Assembly: GCA_023247725.1 (NCBI GenBank)
Contig: JAHFFW010000005.1
Location: forward strand, 25,804 to 89,803
DNA from: Candidatus Omnitrophota bacterium
GTDB taxonomy: Bacteria; Omnitrophota; Gorgyraeia; Zapsychrales; JAHFFX01
DNA length: 64,000 nucleotides
Direction: 5' to 3'
Part shown: piece after piece, positions 28,894 through 37,529 of the stretch
Position numbering within the stretch: the first letter of the stretch is position 1
Layout: every line of letters starts with the position of its first letter
The notes under the pieces: generated by a model
Database searches by the model: none
What the model was told of the DNA's origin: nothing
What the model saw: only the letters and a program-made list of their open reading frames with translations
Translations under genes and position numbers: made by a program

Positions 28894-28984
28894 GGACTCA
28901 TCGCAAAGCTTCCCCGAAGGCGGATCCGTCTACGACGGAGGTTAGAGTGTCGCCCTCGCATGGCCAAGGGCCGCAGGTTCGAGT
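28894..28984 (+). pseudogene. tRNA-Val-like relic 1 with D-loop hairpin insertion
   Basis: GGACTCAT..AGCT[29-nt insert]GGTTAGAGTGTCGCCCTCGCATGGCC...GGTTCGAGT; no 3' acceptor strand. Confidence 0.65.
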
Positions 28985-29025
28985 TAACCAAGGCCAGGGA
29001 TGGAAAAATATTTGGAGAGGAGATC

Positions 29026-30408
29026 ATGAAAAAAATTTTGATTCCTGTTTTATTCATCCTTTCCTTATTCAGTTTGACCGCTGTATCATTCGCAAAAACT
29101 TCTGATGAATATCTCGAAGAAGTTTATCAATTGATTGATAAAAAACAGGTTGACGAGGCACTGACACTGGTTGAACAGGGGGCCCAGGAATATCCTGGCG
29201 ATTTTGGCCTCACGGTGGCGTACGCGGAAATCCAGCACCTGAAAGGCAACTATGAAATCGCTATTGCCAACTATATCAACATCCTGAAGGCTTTAACGTC
29301 AGAGGGGCAGGAAATTCCGGCCATGGCCCATTATCATCAGAATCTTGTGGATGCCTATAATGAATTAGGCCAGAGGCATTATTTCCCGAAGGAGCTGTGT
29401 CTTCGCATCATTTACCATATCGAAAAAGCCTTCGAATTAATGCCGGAAATTTCTCAGGATGCCCAATATGTAGAATTTCTTAGGAAATCCGTCGGGCATT
29501 ACGATGCCGCCAATATAGGCGCCAATGTTCGGATGATGGAAGAAGGTGGGGATGGAGCCGAGTTCTCCTTGCCGGATGACTATGTGAGCGCCGACGAAAA
29601 ACTTCGTTATAAAGATAAAGCGGTGCAGCGAATCAAGGAATACGATGCCGTGGCTAAAGAGAAGTCCTTTCAAAGGACCGCCAGTGACAAAACGGTGGAA
29701 GATATAATCCGCTTGGTCAAGGAAAGAACCGCCGCGATCAAGACCATTCACTTTAAGAAACTTAATCAAGTCGATCAGGCCCCTCTTGAGGAATTCATTT
29801 ATAAAAGTCCCAATAAAATAAAGGTTATCACCCCCCAGGCCATTAGCATCGTTGTTGATCGAGATTATTGGGTTCTCGATCCCCAGACCAAAAATATTTT
29901 GCAGCAAGAGCAATTGGACTCTACTAGAATGAGTCTGTTGCAAGGGATGGGTTTTTATAATTTGGAAGGATCTTCACAAGCGTACAATTTAACGGTTGAA
30001 AAAATCGTGGGATGTCCGGATTTTTTGAAGGACGTGTGTCGAAGTGATCCAAGAAATTTATATTTAATAACCGGAAAACTGATCTCCGAAGACAAGGGGC
30101 CTTTCCCTCCCACGCCTAAAATTGAATACTTTATTGATGAGCAATCAGGATTATGTGTTGGCAAACGTGAATATTGGCTTGGAATTATAGGGTCGGGCAA
30201 AGAGGAAGAGCTGGCGAGGGAAGACCTGATCACAAGAATTGAGCAGTCCGCGCCCGGCGTTTTTTTCCCATCGTCGGGAAAGACGAGAGGTTTCGTGAGC
30301 GAACTGGCCAATTTAAACCAGGAATGGGAGGGCCAGGTCTTATCGATAAACCAGGACATTAGCGAGGAAGAATTTATTGTCACCAACCCTGGGTCTGGTA
30401 AAAAATAA
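29026..30408 (+). CDS. Secreted protein with N-terminal TPR-like region and C-terminal LolA-like domain
   Basis: MKK signal peptide, GAGGAG RBS; helical repeats, then YWVLDP, YFIDEQSGL, INQDISEEEF. Confidence 0.7.
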   Translation: MKKILIPVLFILSLFSLTAVSFAKTSDEYLEEVYQLIDKKQVDEALTLVEQGAQEYPGDFGLTVAYAEIQHLKGNYEIAIANYINILKALTSEGQEIPAMAHYHQNLVDAYNELGQRHYFPKELCLRIIYHIEKAFELMPEISQDAQYVEFLRKSVGHYDAANIGANVRMMEEGGDGAEFSLPDDYVSADEKLRYKDKAVQRIKEYDAVAKEKSFQRTASDKTVEDIIRLVKERTAAIKTIHFKKLNQVDQAPLEEFIYKSPNKIKVITPQAISIVVDRDYWVLDPQTKNILQQEQLDSTRMSLLQGMGFYNLEGSSQAYNLTVEKIVGCPDFLKDVCRSDPRNLYLITGKLISEDKGPFPPTPKIEYFIDEQSGLCVGKREYWLGIIGSGKEEELAREDLITRIEQSAPGVFFPSSGKTRGFVSELANLNQEWEGQVLSINQDISEEEFIVTNPGSGKK

Positions 30409-30413
30409 AGAAA

Positions 30414-30467
30414 GGACTCATACCCGCCACGTATTATGGGGGGTTAGAGCGTCGCCCTCGCATGGCG
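30414..30467 (+). pseudogene. tRNA-Val-like relic 2 (5' half)
   Basis: GGACTCATA[CCCGCCAC..TGGGG]GGTTAGAGCGTCGCCCTCGCATGGCG. Confidence 0.6.
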
Positions 30468-30530
30468 CACTAGTTTTCCTTAATCGATTATGTGGAAATT
30501 GGGACAGCACTGACTTGTTCTTTAAATGCC

Positions 30531-30604
30531 GGACGCATAGCTCAGATGGTTAGAGCGCTGCCCTCACATGGCAGAGGTCGAGGGTTCGATCCCTTCTGCG
30601 TCCA
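30531..30604 (+). tRNA. tRNA-Val(CAC)
   Basis: GGACGCA/TGCGTCC acceptor, CTGCC-CTCACAT-GGCAG anticodon arm, GGTTCGATCC T-arm. Confidence 0.93.
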
Positions 30605-30708
30605 TATTTAGGTGCTGGTAAAATAGGGAAGAAAATATACAGGACGCATTACGAGCGAGAAATATTTTAAAACAGGACAGGGACGCAGAACATTGAGACA
30701 TATTTTAG

Positions 30709-30772
30709 GCTCAGCTTCCGCCGAAGGCGGATCCGCCTATGGCAGAGGTTAGAGCGTCGCCCTCACATGGCA
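30709..30772 (+). pseudogene. tRNA-Val-like relic 3 with D-loop hairpin insertion
   Basis: GCTCAGCT[TCCGCCGAAGGCGGATCCGCCTATGGCAGA]GGTTAGAGCGTCGCCCTCACATGGCA. Confidence 0.65.
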
Positions 30773-30842
30773 GCACCAAATTTCCTTAGAAATAAATTTA
30801 GGAATTTGGTACAGCCTTGACTTTTTCTAGAAAATTTGGTGC
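30773..30842. repeat. 70-bp element with terminal inverted repeats; degenerate copy at 30467-30523
   Basis: GCACCAAATTT...AAATTTGGTGC; both copies share GG.ACAGC..TGACTT.TTCT. Confidence 0.6.
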
Positions 30843-30996
30843 AGTCCTGATTACCACAATATTTTTATGAGGAAAAGTCAGGGCGATCCCGGCTGAGTCC
30901 ATTTGAATTGATTTAAAGACCAGCGCGCAAGCGTTGGCAGTACTGCTTCCATATAAATAATAGAACATTACGGAAGCAGCAGTTAAGGAAAAAATC

Positions 30997-31722
30997 GTGC
31001 CTGTTACTTCCATCCGTGATCAACTCAAAAAACTCGTCGAGCTTCAAAACATTGATCTTGAGATCTATGGGTTTAAACGAGAATTGAGAGAAAAGCCTCT
31101 GCTTCTGGAGGACCTTAGAAATAAGTATGAGTTTTCTAAACAGGGCCTGAAAAAGTTGGAAGAAAAACTTAAAAGCATTCAGGTGGACCGAAAAAGCAAG
31201 GAGCTGGAGCTGCAAAGCAAGGAAGAATTGATTGTCAAATCCAATATGCAGCTCTTCTCGTTAAAGACGAATAAGGAGTATCAGGCGAAGCTTTTGGAGA
31301 TGGAGAATATCAAAGCCGATAAATCACTCATTGAGGAGCAGATCTTACAATCGTATGATGAATCCGATGCGGCGGTCTCCACAATTGAAAAGGAAAAACA
31401 GATCGTCGCAGCCGCCGAGAAACGCTATCTGGAGCAAAAGAAAGAAGTTGAGGATTCGGTCAAAGGGATTGAAGAACAAATTAAACAACTGGATCTTAAA
31501 CGCCGGCAAATTACTCCCGAGGTAGAAAAGGCGCATTTGAGTCGCTATGAGAAGATTCTGGAAAACAAGGATGGCCTGGCCTTGGTTCCGGTGAAAAGCG
31601 GCAGCTGCGGTGGTTGTTTCATGCACGTTCCCCAGCAGGTCATCAGTGATATCAAGATGCATGAACGATTGGTTTTTTGTGAGATGTGCGCCCGGATTAT
31701 TTACCTCGAGGATGATCTTTGA
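30997..31722 (+). CDS. Coiled-coil protein with C4 zinc ribbon (DUF164 / CT398-like)
   Basis: L.ELQ.ID start, long coiled coil, CGGC...CEMCARI. Confidence 0.9.
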   Translation: MPVTSIRDQLKKLVELQNIDLEIYGFKRELREKPLLLEDLRNKYEFSKQGLKKLEEKLKSIQVDRKSKELELQSKEELIVKSNMQLFSLKTNKEYQAKLLEMENIKADKSLIEEQILQSYDESDAAVSTIEKEKQIVAAAEKRYLEQKKEVEDSVKGIEEQIKQLDLKRRQITPEVEKAHLSRYEKILENKDGLALVPVKSGSCGGCFMHVPQQVISDIKMHERLVFCEMCARIIYLEDDL

Positions 31723-32216
31723 AATTTAGGGGGCGGATGTTAGATATCTTTACCGACGGTGCTTGTTCCGGAAATCCCGGGCCGGCTGGCATCGGTGTGA
31801 TCATTCAAGAAAACGGCAAGCCGATCAAAACAATTTCCCGGTCGATTGGCTCGGCGACCAACAACATTGCGGAATATGCGGCGCTGATATTTGGTCTACA
31901 AGAAGCGTTGATTTTACAAGCGGAATCAGTCCGAGTTTCCACCGATAGCGAATTGATGTTTCAGCAGATCAGGGGCCGATATAAAATCAAGGAACCCTTT
32001 TTAAGGGTTCTCTTTGAATTGTGCCAGCCATTGATCGGCGGATTCAAGGCATTTGATATCCGCTATATCCCGCGGGAAAAAAATAAAGACGCGGATAAGC
32101 TGGCGACACAAGCCATCAAGAAAGAGCAGGTCAAGATGGTTGCCCCCACTGTTTCGCTTTGTGAAGCGAAGCGAAACAAAGCGGTGGGGGAGGAAAGTCC
32201 GAGCTCCAAAGGGTAA
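31719..32216 (+). CDS. rnhA: Ribonuclease HI
   Basis: FTDGACSGNPGPAGIG, TNNIAEY, TDSEL, PREKNKDADKLA; C-terminal tail runs into rnpB. Confidence 0.93.
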   Translation: MKFRGRMLDIFTDGACSGNPGPAGIGVIIQENGKPIKTISRSIGSATNNIAEYAALIFGLQEALILQAESVRVSTDSELMFQQIRGRYKIKEPFLRVLFELCQPLIGGFKAFDIRYIPREKNKDADKLATQAIKKEQVKMVAPTVSLCEAKRNKAVGEESPSSKG

Positions 32217-32633
32217 TGCATCCCGGTAACGCGGGACTTCATCAGTGTCAAGTGTTAGGTGTTAAGTAATTTGAAAATTGCTTAACACTTTTCACTTAAC
32301 ACTTAACACTGCTGAAAGGATCAGAGCTACAGTGACGATGCTTGGGATCGGGATTCGGCTCACGCCGAATCCCGATCCCGGGAGTGAAACGAGCAATCTC
32401 TGCAGGGAGCAAGGCCAAATAGGGGCAGACGGCCGCCACATCAGTGGCGCCGCCCCCGCGAGGGGGTCTCGATGTTCGTCGGGAACGAAGTCACCCGCTT
32501 CGTCGTATGCCCGGGTAGGCTGCAAGAGTTGGAAGGGCAACTTTCCAAGTCAGTCGAATAACCATCCCCCGATGACTACTCTGACGACAGTCAGACGTCG
32601 GGGCACAAAACTCGGCTTATTGACCTGCTCTTT
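32121..32633 (+). ncRNA. rnpB: RNase P RNA (about 510 nt, expanded)
   Basis: P1 AAAGAGCAGGTCAA/TTGACCTGCTCTTT; GAGGAAAGTCCGAGCTCC; GGAGCAAGGCCAAATAGG; CCCGGGTAGGCTGC; ACAAAACTCGGCTTA. Confidence 0.95.
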
Positions 32634-32737
32634 TTTTCGAAGTTGGCTCTCATTCTAGAGAGACTATGTTAAAATAAGTTCAGCTCGGACACTAAAGAGG
32701 CTGAATTCCCCGTTAAGGCGGTCAAGGAGGAAGATTC

Positions 32738-33481
32738 ATGTCAGGTCATTCAAAATGGGCAACAATCAAACATAAGAAAGCGGCGGCGGATGCCAAAAGA
32801 GGAGCTGCTTTTACCAAGATTATCCGGGAAATCACGGCGGCAGCAAAGGACGGCGGGAATCCCGACACGAACCCGCGTCTGCGCACCGCCATGGCCAGGG
32901 CGAAAACGATCAATATGCCCTTGAACAACGTCGAGAACGCCATCAAAAAGGGCACGGGCGAGCTTCCCGGTGTCACTTACGAGACGACGGTTTTTGATGC
33001 GTATGGTCCGGGTGGAGTGGCCATGTTGATTGAAGGCCTGACCGATAATAAGAACCGCACGACGGCGGAGATTCGCAATATCCTTTCCAAGAAAAATGGC
33101 AGCATGGCGGGGGCGGGTTCAACCGCATGGATGTTTGCTAAAAAAGGTTTCATGACGATCGAAAAAAATAAGATTGGCGAGGAAGAATTAATGGGAATTG
33201 CTCTCGAAGCCGGAGCCGAGGATTTCAACGCGGAGGGAAATACTTATGAAATCACCTGCGAGCCGGCTCAGTTTGAATCGGTCAAGGCCGCGGTTTCGGC
33301 AAAGGTCACTCCATCTTCCGCCGAGATCACGATGATTCCCAATTCGACCGTCAAGGTCACAGGCAATGACGCCAAAAACGTTCTCGAATTGATGGAAGCC
33401 CTGGAAGAACACGAGGACGTGCAAAATGTTTATGCCAATTTTGATATATCCGAAGAGGATATGGCCAAAATTGCCGGATAA
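32738..33481 (+). CDS. yebC: YebC/PmpR family protein
   Basis: MSGHSKWATIKHKK, YGPGG, TDNKNRT, EDVQNVYAN. Confidence 0.97.
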   Translation: MSGHSKWATIKHKKAAADAKRGAAFTKIIREITAAAKDGGNPDTNPRLRTAMARAKTINMPLNNVENAIKKGTGELPGVTYETTVFDAYGPGGVAMLIEGLTDNKNRTTAEIRNILSKKNGSMAGAGSTAWMFAKKGFMTIEKNKIGEEELMGIALEAGAEDFNAEGNTYEITCEPAQFESVKAAVSAKVTPSSAEITMIPNSTVKVTGNDAKNVLELMEALEEHEDVQNVYANFDISEEDMAKIAG

Positions 33482-33487
33482 GGATGC

Positions 33488-33970
33488 ATGATCATTCTGG
33501 GGGTTGATCCTGGTTTGCAGGCCACCGGCTATGGCTTCATCCACGTCAATAAAGGAAGCTTAAAGTTAATGGAAGCCGGCACAATTGAACCCAAACCAAA
33601 AGACTCCTTCGACCAGAAGATCCAGGCCATTTATCGAAATTTGCAAGCCTTGGTCGCCCGGCATTGTCCAGAGGTCATGGTCCTCGAGAAACTTTATGCC
33701 CACTATAAGCACCCAACGACCGCCTGCATTATGGGACATGCGCGCGGGGTCATTTGTTTGTTGTGCGCGCAGCATAGGATCAAACTCGTCGAGTGCAGCG
33801 TCAAAAGGATTCGCCAGGCCGTTGTCGGAAATGGCAATGCCTCCAAAGATCAAACCCGGGAGATGGTGGCGCATTTATTGAGCCTTAACCCTAAGGATTT
33901 GGCCATCGATGCTTCCGATGCCCTGGCCTTGAGTCTGGGCTATGTTCACTTTTGCCGAAGGAAGATATGA
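33488..33970 (+). CDS. ruvC: Holliday junction resolvase RuvC
   Basis: ILGVDPG..TGYG, catalytic E, G.ARGV, GNGNASK, DASDALA. Confidence 0.95.
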   Translation: MIILGVDPGLQATGYGFIHVNKGSLKLMEAGTIEPKPKDSFDQKIQAIYRNLQALVARHCPEVMVLEKLYAHYKHPTTACIMGHARGVICLLCAQHRIKLVECSVKRIRQAVVGNGNASKDQTREMVAHLLSLNPKDLAIDASDALALSLGYVHFCRRKI

Positions 33971-34593
33971 TCGTTCGCCTGAAAGGCCGGCTCATCGAAA
34001 AAGATGGTCAATCACTCGTCGTGGACGTCCAGGGTTTGCATTATGAGGTGTTTGTTCCAGCTTCGGTTCTGGCTCGCATCCATCAGCATCTGGATGCCCA
34101 AGGGAATGTGGATCTCATCACCTACCATTATTTCCAAATCGATCCGGCCAAAGGTGTTCCCGTTTTGATTGGTTTTTTGAATGATTTGGAGAAAGATTTC
34201 TTTCTCCAGTTCATCACGGTGTCAGGTATAGGACCGCGGGCTGCGATCAAGGCTCTGAACAAGCCTATCTCGGAAATCACCCGCGCCATCGATGAGAACG
34301 ACGTGAGTTTCCTAAAGACCCTGCCGGGGATCGGGACTCAGAGGGCTAAAGAGATCGTGGCCAAATTGCAGGGCAAAGTCGGGCGTTTCGGTTTGCTTAA
34401 GGACCAAGATATTGAGCGCCCGTCGAGCGAACCGCCAGATTGGCAAAAGGAGGCGCTGGCAGTTCTTCTGCAATTGCAATACAAAAGACCGGAAGCATTG
34501 GACATGATTGAACGGGCATTGAAAAGATCCCATGACATCCAGACTGCGGAAGATTTGCTCAATGAAATCTATAAACAAAAGGTGAACAAATGA
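33967..34593 (+). CDS. ruvA: Holliday junction branch migration protein RuvA
   Basis: MI..LKG, VSGIGPR and LPGIG HhH motifs, domain III present. Confidence 0.93.
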   Translation: MIVRLKGRLIEKDGQSLVVDVQGLHYEVFVPASVLARIHQHLDAQGNVDLITYHYFQIDPAKGVPVLIGFLNDLEKDFFLQFITVSGIGPRAAIKALNKPISEITRAIDENDVSFLKTLPGIGTQRAKEIVAKLQGKVGRFGLLKDQDIERPSSEPPDWQKEALAVLLQLQYKRPEALDMIERALKRSHDIQTAEDLLNEIYKQKVNK

Positions 34594-35381
34594 CCGATCC
34601 TTCCGAGAACTTCCAATTGAAAGGAACCATCGAGGCGCTTTTGCTTGTGAGTGATAAACCCGTGACGCTCGATCAATTCAAAGAAGTCATTGAAGGCATT
34701 GACGGCGCTACGATGAAGGAGACCATCCAGTCATTACAGAAAGAATACAGAGACCGGCACAGCGGTATTGTCATTGTGGAAATCGCCGGGGGTTATCAGA
34801 TGTTGACGGATTCGGGACATGCCTTGGCGATTCGGAAATTTTTTAAGACTCGGCAGAAGGAAAAACTATCCCGGCCGGCGCTGGAAACCTTGGCGATCAT
34901 TGCCTACAAACAGCCGGTGTCGCGCCTGGATATCGAACAAATCCGCGGCGTCAATTCCGACGGCGTGACGGATCATCTGCTGGCCAAGGGACTCATCAAA
35001 ATCGTGGGCCGCAAGGAAGTCCCCGGTCGACCTTACCTTTATGGTACGACGAAACAATTTCTGGAATATTTTGGTTTGAAATCGTTAAATGATCTGCCGA
35101 AGCTGGAAGATTTTACTGCTTTGCAAACGAATGATTCTCCGACGGAAATTTCGCCCTTGACCCAAGAAGAGGTGGCCGAACAAATGCAAGGATCCGCTCA
35201 CCGCGTTTCCGAGAATAAAGAACCAGAAAACTATCCCCGACCAAGTCAACCCGTGGAAGCAGTTTCGCTCGAGGACGAATCGTTTTCGCCAGGCCCCCTA
35301 GCGGATTCGGCCCTGCCGTTGCCCGCCGACCAACCACCCTCGGAAACACTGGAAGCATCGACGAAAAAGGAACAGGAATAG
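34590..35381 (+). CDS. scpB: SMC-Scp complex subunit ScpB with acidic disordered tail
   Basis: IEALL, GGYQ, LSRPALETLAIIAYKQP, IRGV, GRPYLYGTT..FL.YFGL. Confidence 0.95.
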   Translation: MTDPSENFQLKGTIEALLLVSDKPVTLDQFKEVIEGIDGATMKETIQSLQKEYRDRHSGIVIVEIAGGYQMLTDSGHALAIRKFFKTRQKEKLSRPALETLAIIAYKQPVSRLDIEQIRGVNSDGVTDHLLAKGLIKIVGRKEVPGRPYLYGTTKQFLEYFGLKSLNDLPKLEDFTALQTNDSPTEISPLTQEEVAEQMQGSAHRVSENKEPENYPRPSQPVEAVSLEDESFSPGPLADSALPLPADQPPSETLEASTKKEQE

Positions 35382-35382
35382 C

Positions 35383-36447
35383 ATGCTTTTGCCCGAATTC
35401 AGACAACAGATCGATGCGATCGATGCGAAGATCGTCGAGCTTTTGAACGAACGCGCCAAATTGAGCAAGGCCATCGGAGAGTTCAAATTAAAAAATAACC
35501 GAGAAATTTATTCGCCGGATCGGGAAACACAGATCCTCGCACGGATTAAGGCCCTCAATCGTGGCCAAATCTCGGACTCCGCACTGCAGGCCATCTATCG
35601 GGAGATCATGTCGTGTTCTCTCTCTATTGAAAAACCACTCAAGATCGCGGTTTTGGGCAAAATGGGTTCTTACACCCATTCTGCGGCCATAAAAATTTTT
35701 GGTCTGCAGATGGAGTATATCTCCTGCGGCCGAATCCCGGAAATCTTTCAAAAGGTGGAGCAGGCGCAATGCAATTATGGCGTCGTTCCGGTGGAGAATT
35801 CGACCGAGGGGGCCGTCACCCCCACCTTCGATATGCTGGTTGATTCGGATTTGAAAATTTGTCGCCAGAGTTTGATGGAGATATCGCACAATCTTTTATC
35901 GCGGGCCCGCAGCCTTTCGCAAATCAAAAAGGTCTATTCGAATCCGCAGGTCTTTAACCAGTGCCGCAGCTGGCTCGCGGCCAATCTGCCGGCGGCCGAA
36001 GATATTTATGTCGACTCAACCACCCACGCGGCCCAAATTGCGGCAAGATCAAAAAATTCCGCGGCCATCGCGTCCCTGGAGGTGGCTTCGATTTATCGCC
36101 TTCCGGTTTTGCGGAAGAGCATTCACGATGTGGCGCATAATTCGACGCGCTTTTTGGTGATTGGTGAGAATGATGCAGCCCCGACGGGAAAAGATAAAAC
36201 CTCGATCCTTTTTTCCATCAAGGATCGGGTAGGCGCTTTGTATTCGATGCTTGCGCCTTTTTATAGAAATAAGATTAACCTGACAAAAATCGAATCGCGA
36301 CCTTCCAAGAAAAAAGCCTGGGATTATTATTTTTTTGTCGACTTTGAAGGCCATCGGCAGGATCCCCCGGTCAAAAAAGCCTTGGAGCAATTGGAAGAGA
36401 TGTGCAAATACTTGAAGATCCTGGGATCTTATCCGGTTTTGGAATGA
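35383..36447 (+). CDS. pheA: Chorismate mutase / prephenate dehydratase
   Basis: RQQIDAID, PVENSTEG, NSTRF, LTKIESRP, LGSYP. Confidence 0.96.
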   Translation: MLLPEFRQQIDAIDAKIVELLNERAKLSKAIGEFKLKNNREIYSPDRETQILARIKALNRGQISDSALQAIYREIMSCSLSIEKPLKIAVLGKMGSYTHSAAIKIFGLQMEYISCGRIPEIFQKVEQAQCNYGVVPVENSTEGAVTPTFDMLVDSDLKICRQSLMEISHNLLSRARSLSQIKKVYSNPQVFNQCRSWLAANLPAAEDIYVDSTTHAAQIAARSKNSAAIASLEVASIYRLPVLRKSIHDVAHNSTRFLVIGENDAAPTGKDKTSILFSIKDRVGALYSMLAPFYRNKINLTKIESRPSKKKAWDYYFFVDFEGHRQDPPVKKALEQLEEMCKYLKILGSYPVLE

Positions 36448-37529
36448 AACTTCTATTGAAACAGAATATCTGGCGGGTCAAACCTTACGTCCCGGGAAAA
36501 CCCATCGAAGAAGTCAAAAGGGAATACGGTCTTTCAAGCGTCATTAAGCTCGCCTCCAATGAGAATCCCTTTCCGCCTTCCCCCCAAGTCCTCGCCGCGC
36601 TAAGAACGCACGCCAAAGAGATTAATCGTTACCCCGATGGAGATTGTTTTTATTTGCGTCAGGCCTTGGCGCGCAGACTCCGGGTTTTGCCGCAACAATT
36701 GATCTTTGGTAATGGCTCGGATGAAATCCTGGTTTTGGCATTGCGGGCGCTCGTGAGCGACGGTGATGAAGTGATGGTGGCTAAACCTTCTTTTTTGGTA
36801 TACGGCATTGCCAGTCAGGTGATGGGCGCGGCCTTGAAGGAAGTGCTTTTAAAAAACCTGCGTTATGACTTGCCGGCCATGGCCCAGGCGGTCACGGATA
36901 AAACCAAAATCATTTTCATTGGAAACCCTGATAATCCGGCGGGAACCTATGTGACCGCCCAGGAGGTCGAAGAGTTTTTAAAGGCTGTTCCCTCCCATGC
37001 CCTCGTGGTTTTTGACGAAGCGTACTATGAATTCGTTCAAAAAAATGATTACCCCGATGCGATTGGTTTGATGCGCACGTATGAAAACGTTCTGGTGACC
37101 CGAACCTTTTCCAAATTTTATGGGCTCGCCGGTCTTCGAGTGGGTTTTGGGATTGGTCACCCCAAGTTGATCGACGGGCTGAATCGGATCCGCGAACCTT
37201 TTAATATCAATTCGCTGGCTCAAGCCGCGGCGCTGGCGTGTCTTTTAGATATCGCTTATTATCGGCGGATGGCCAGGAAAATCGCCAGCCAAAAAATTTT
37301 TTTGCTCACGGCCCTGCGCAAAATGGGTCTGGATTGCAAAGAAAGCGCCACGAATTTCATTTTGATCGATGTGAAAAAAAATAGTTCAGAAGTTTGCGAG
37401 CAATTGCTACACAAAGGTGTTATTATACGGGATATGAATTTTTGGGGATTGGAGAATTTTGTCCGGGTGACCGTTGGCACAAACCAGGAGAACCGGAGAT
37501 TCCTGGCGGCTTTAAAGGGAATTTTATGA
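36444..37529 (+). CDS. hisC: Histidinol-phosphate aminotransferase
   Basis: [33 protein letters not shown]. Confidence 0.95.
   Translation: MKLLLKQNIWRVKPYVPGKPIEEVKREYGLSSVIKLASNENPFPPSPQVLAALRTHAKEINRYPDGDCFYLRQALARRLRVLPQQLIFGNGSDEILVLALRALVSDGDEVMVAKPSFLVYGIASQVMGAALKEVLLKNLRYDLPAMAQAVTDKTKIIFIGNPDNPAGTYVTAQEVEEFLKAVPSHALVVFDEAYYEFVQKNDYPDAIGLMRTYENVLVTRTFSKFYGLAGLRVGFGIGHPKLIDGLNRIREPFNINSLAQAAALACLLDIAYYRRMARKIASQKIFLLTALRKMGLDCKESATNFILIDVKKNSSEVCEQLLHKGVIIRDMNFWGLENFVRVTVGTNQENRRFLAALKGIL

Noticed and set aside
28950-28966. Relics with a CGC anticodon as tRNA-Ala genes
   Set aside because: No 3' acceptor strand is present; the sequence is one base from Val CAC.
28894-30772. Repeated GGTTAGAG.GTCGCCCTC.CATGGC as a CRISPR array
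   Set aside because: Spacing is irregular (up to 1.5 kb), the repeats are tRNA-derived, and there are no cas genes.
32278-32658. 126-aa ORF and the antisense 82-aa ORF
   Set aside because: Both lie within RNase P RNA; the repetitive peptide comes from the heptamer insert.
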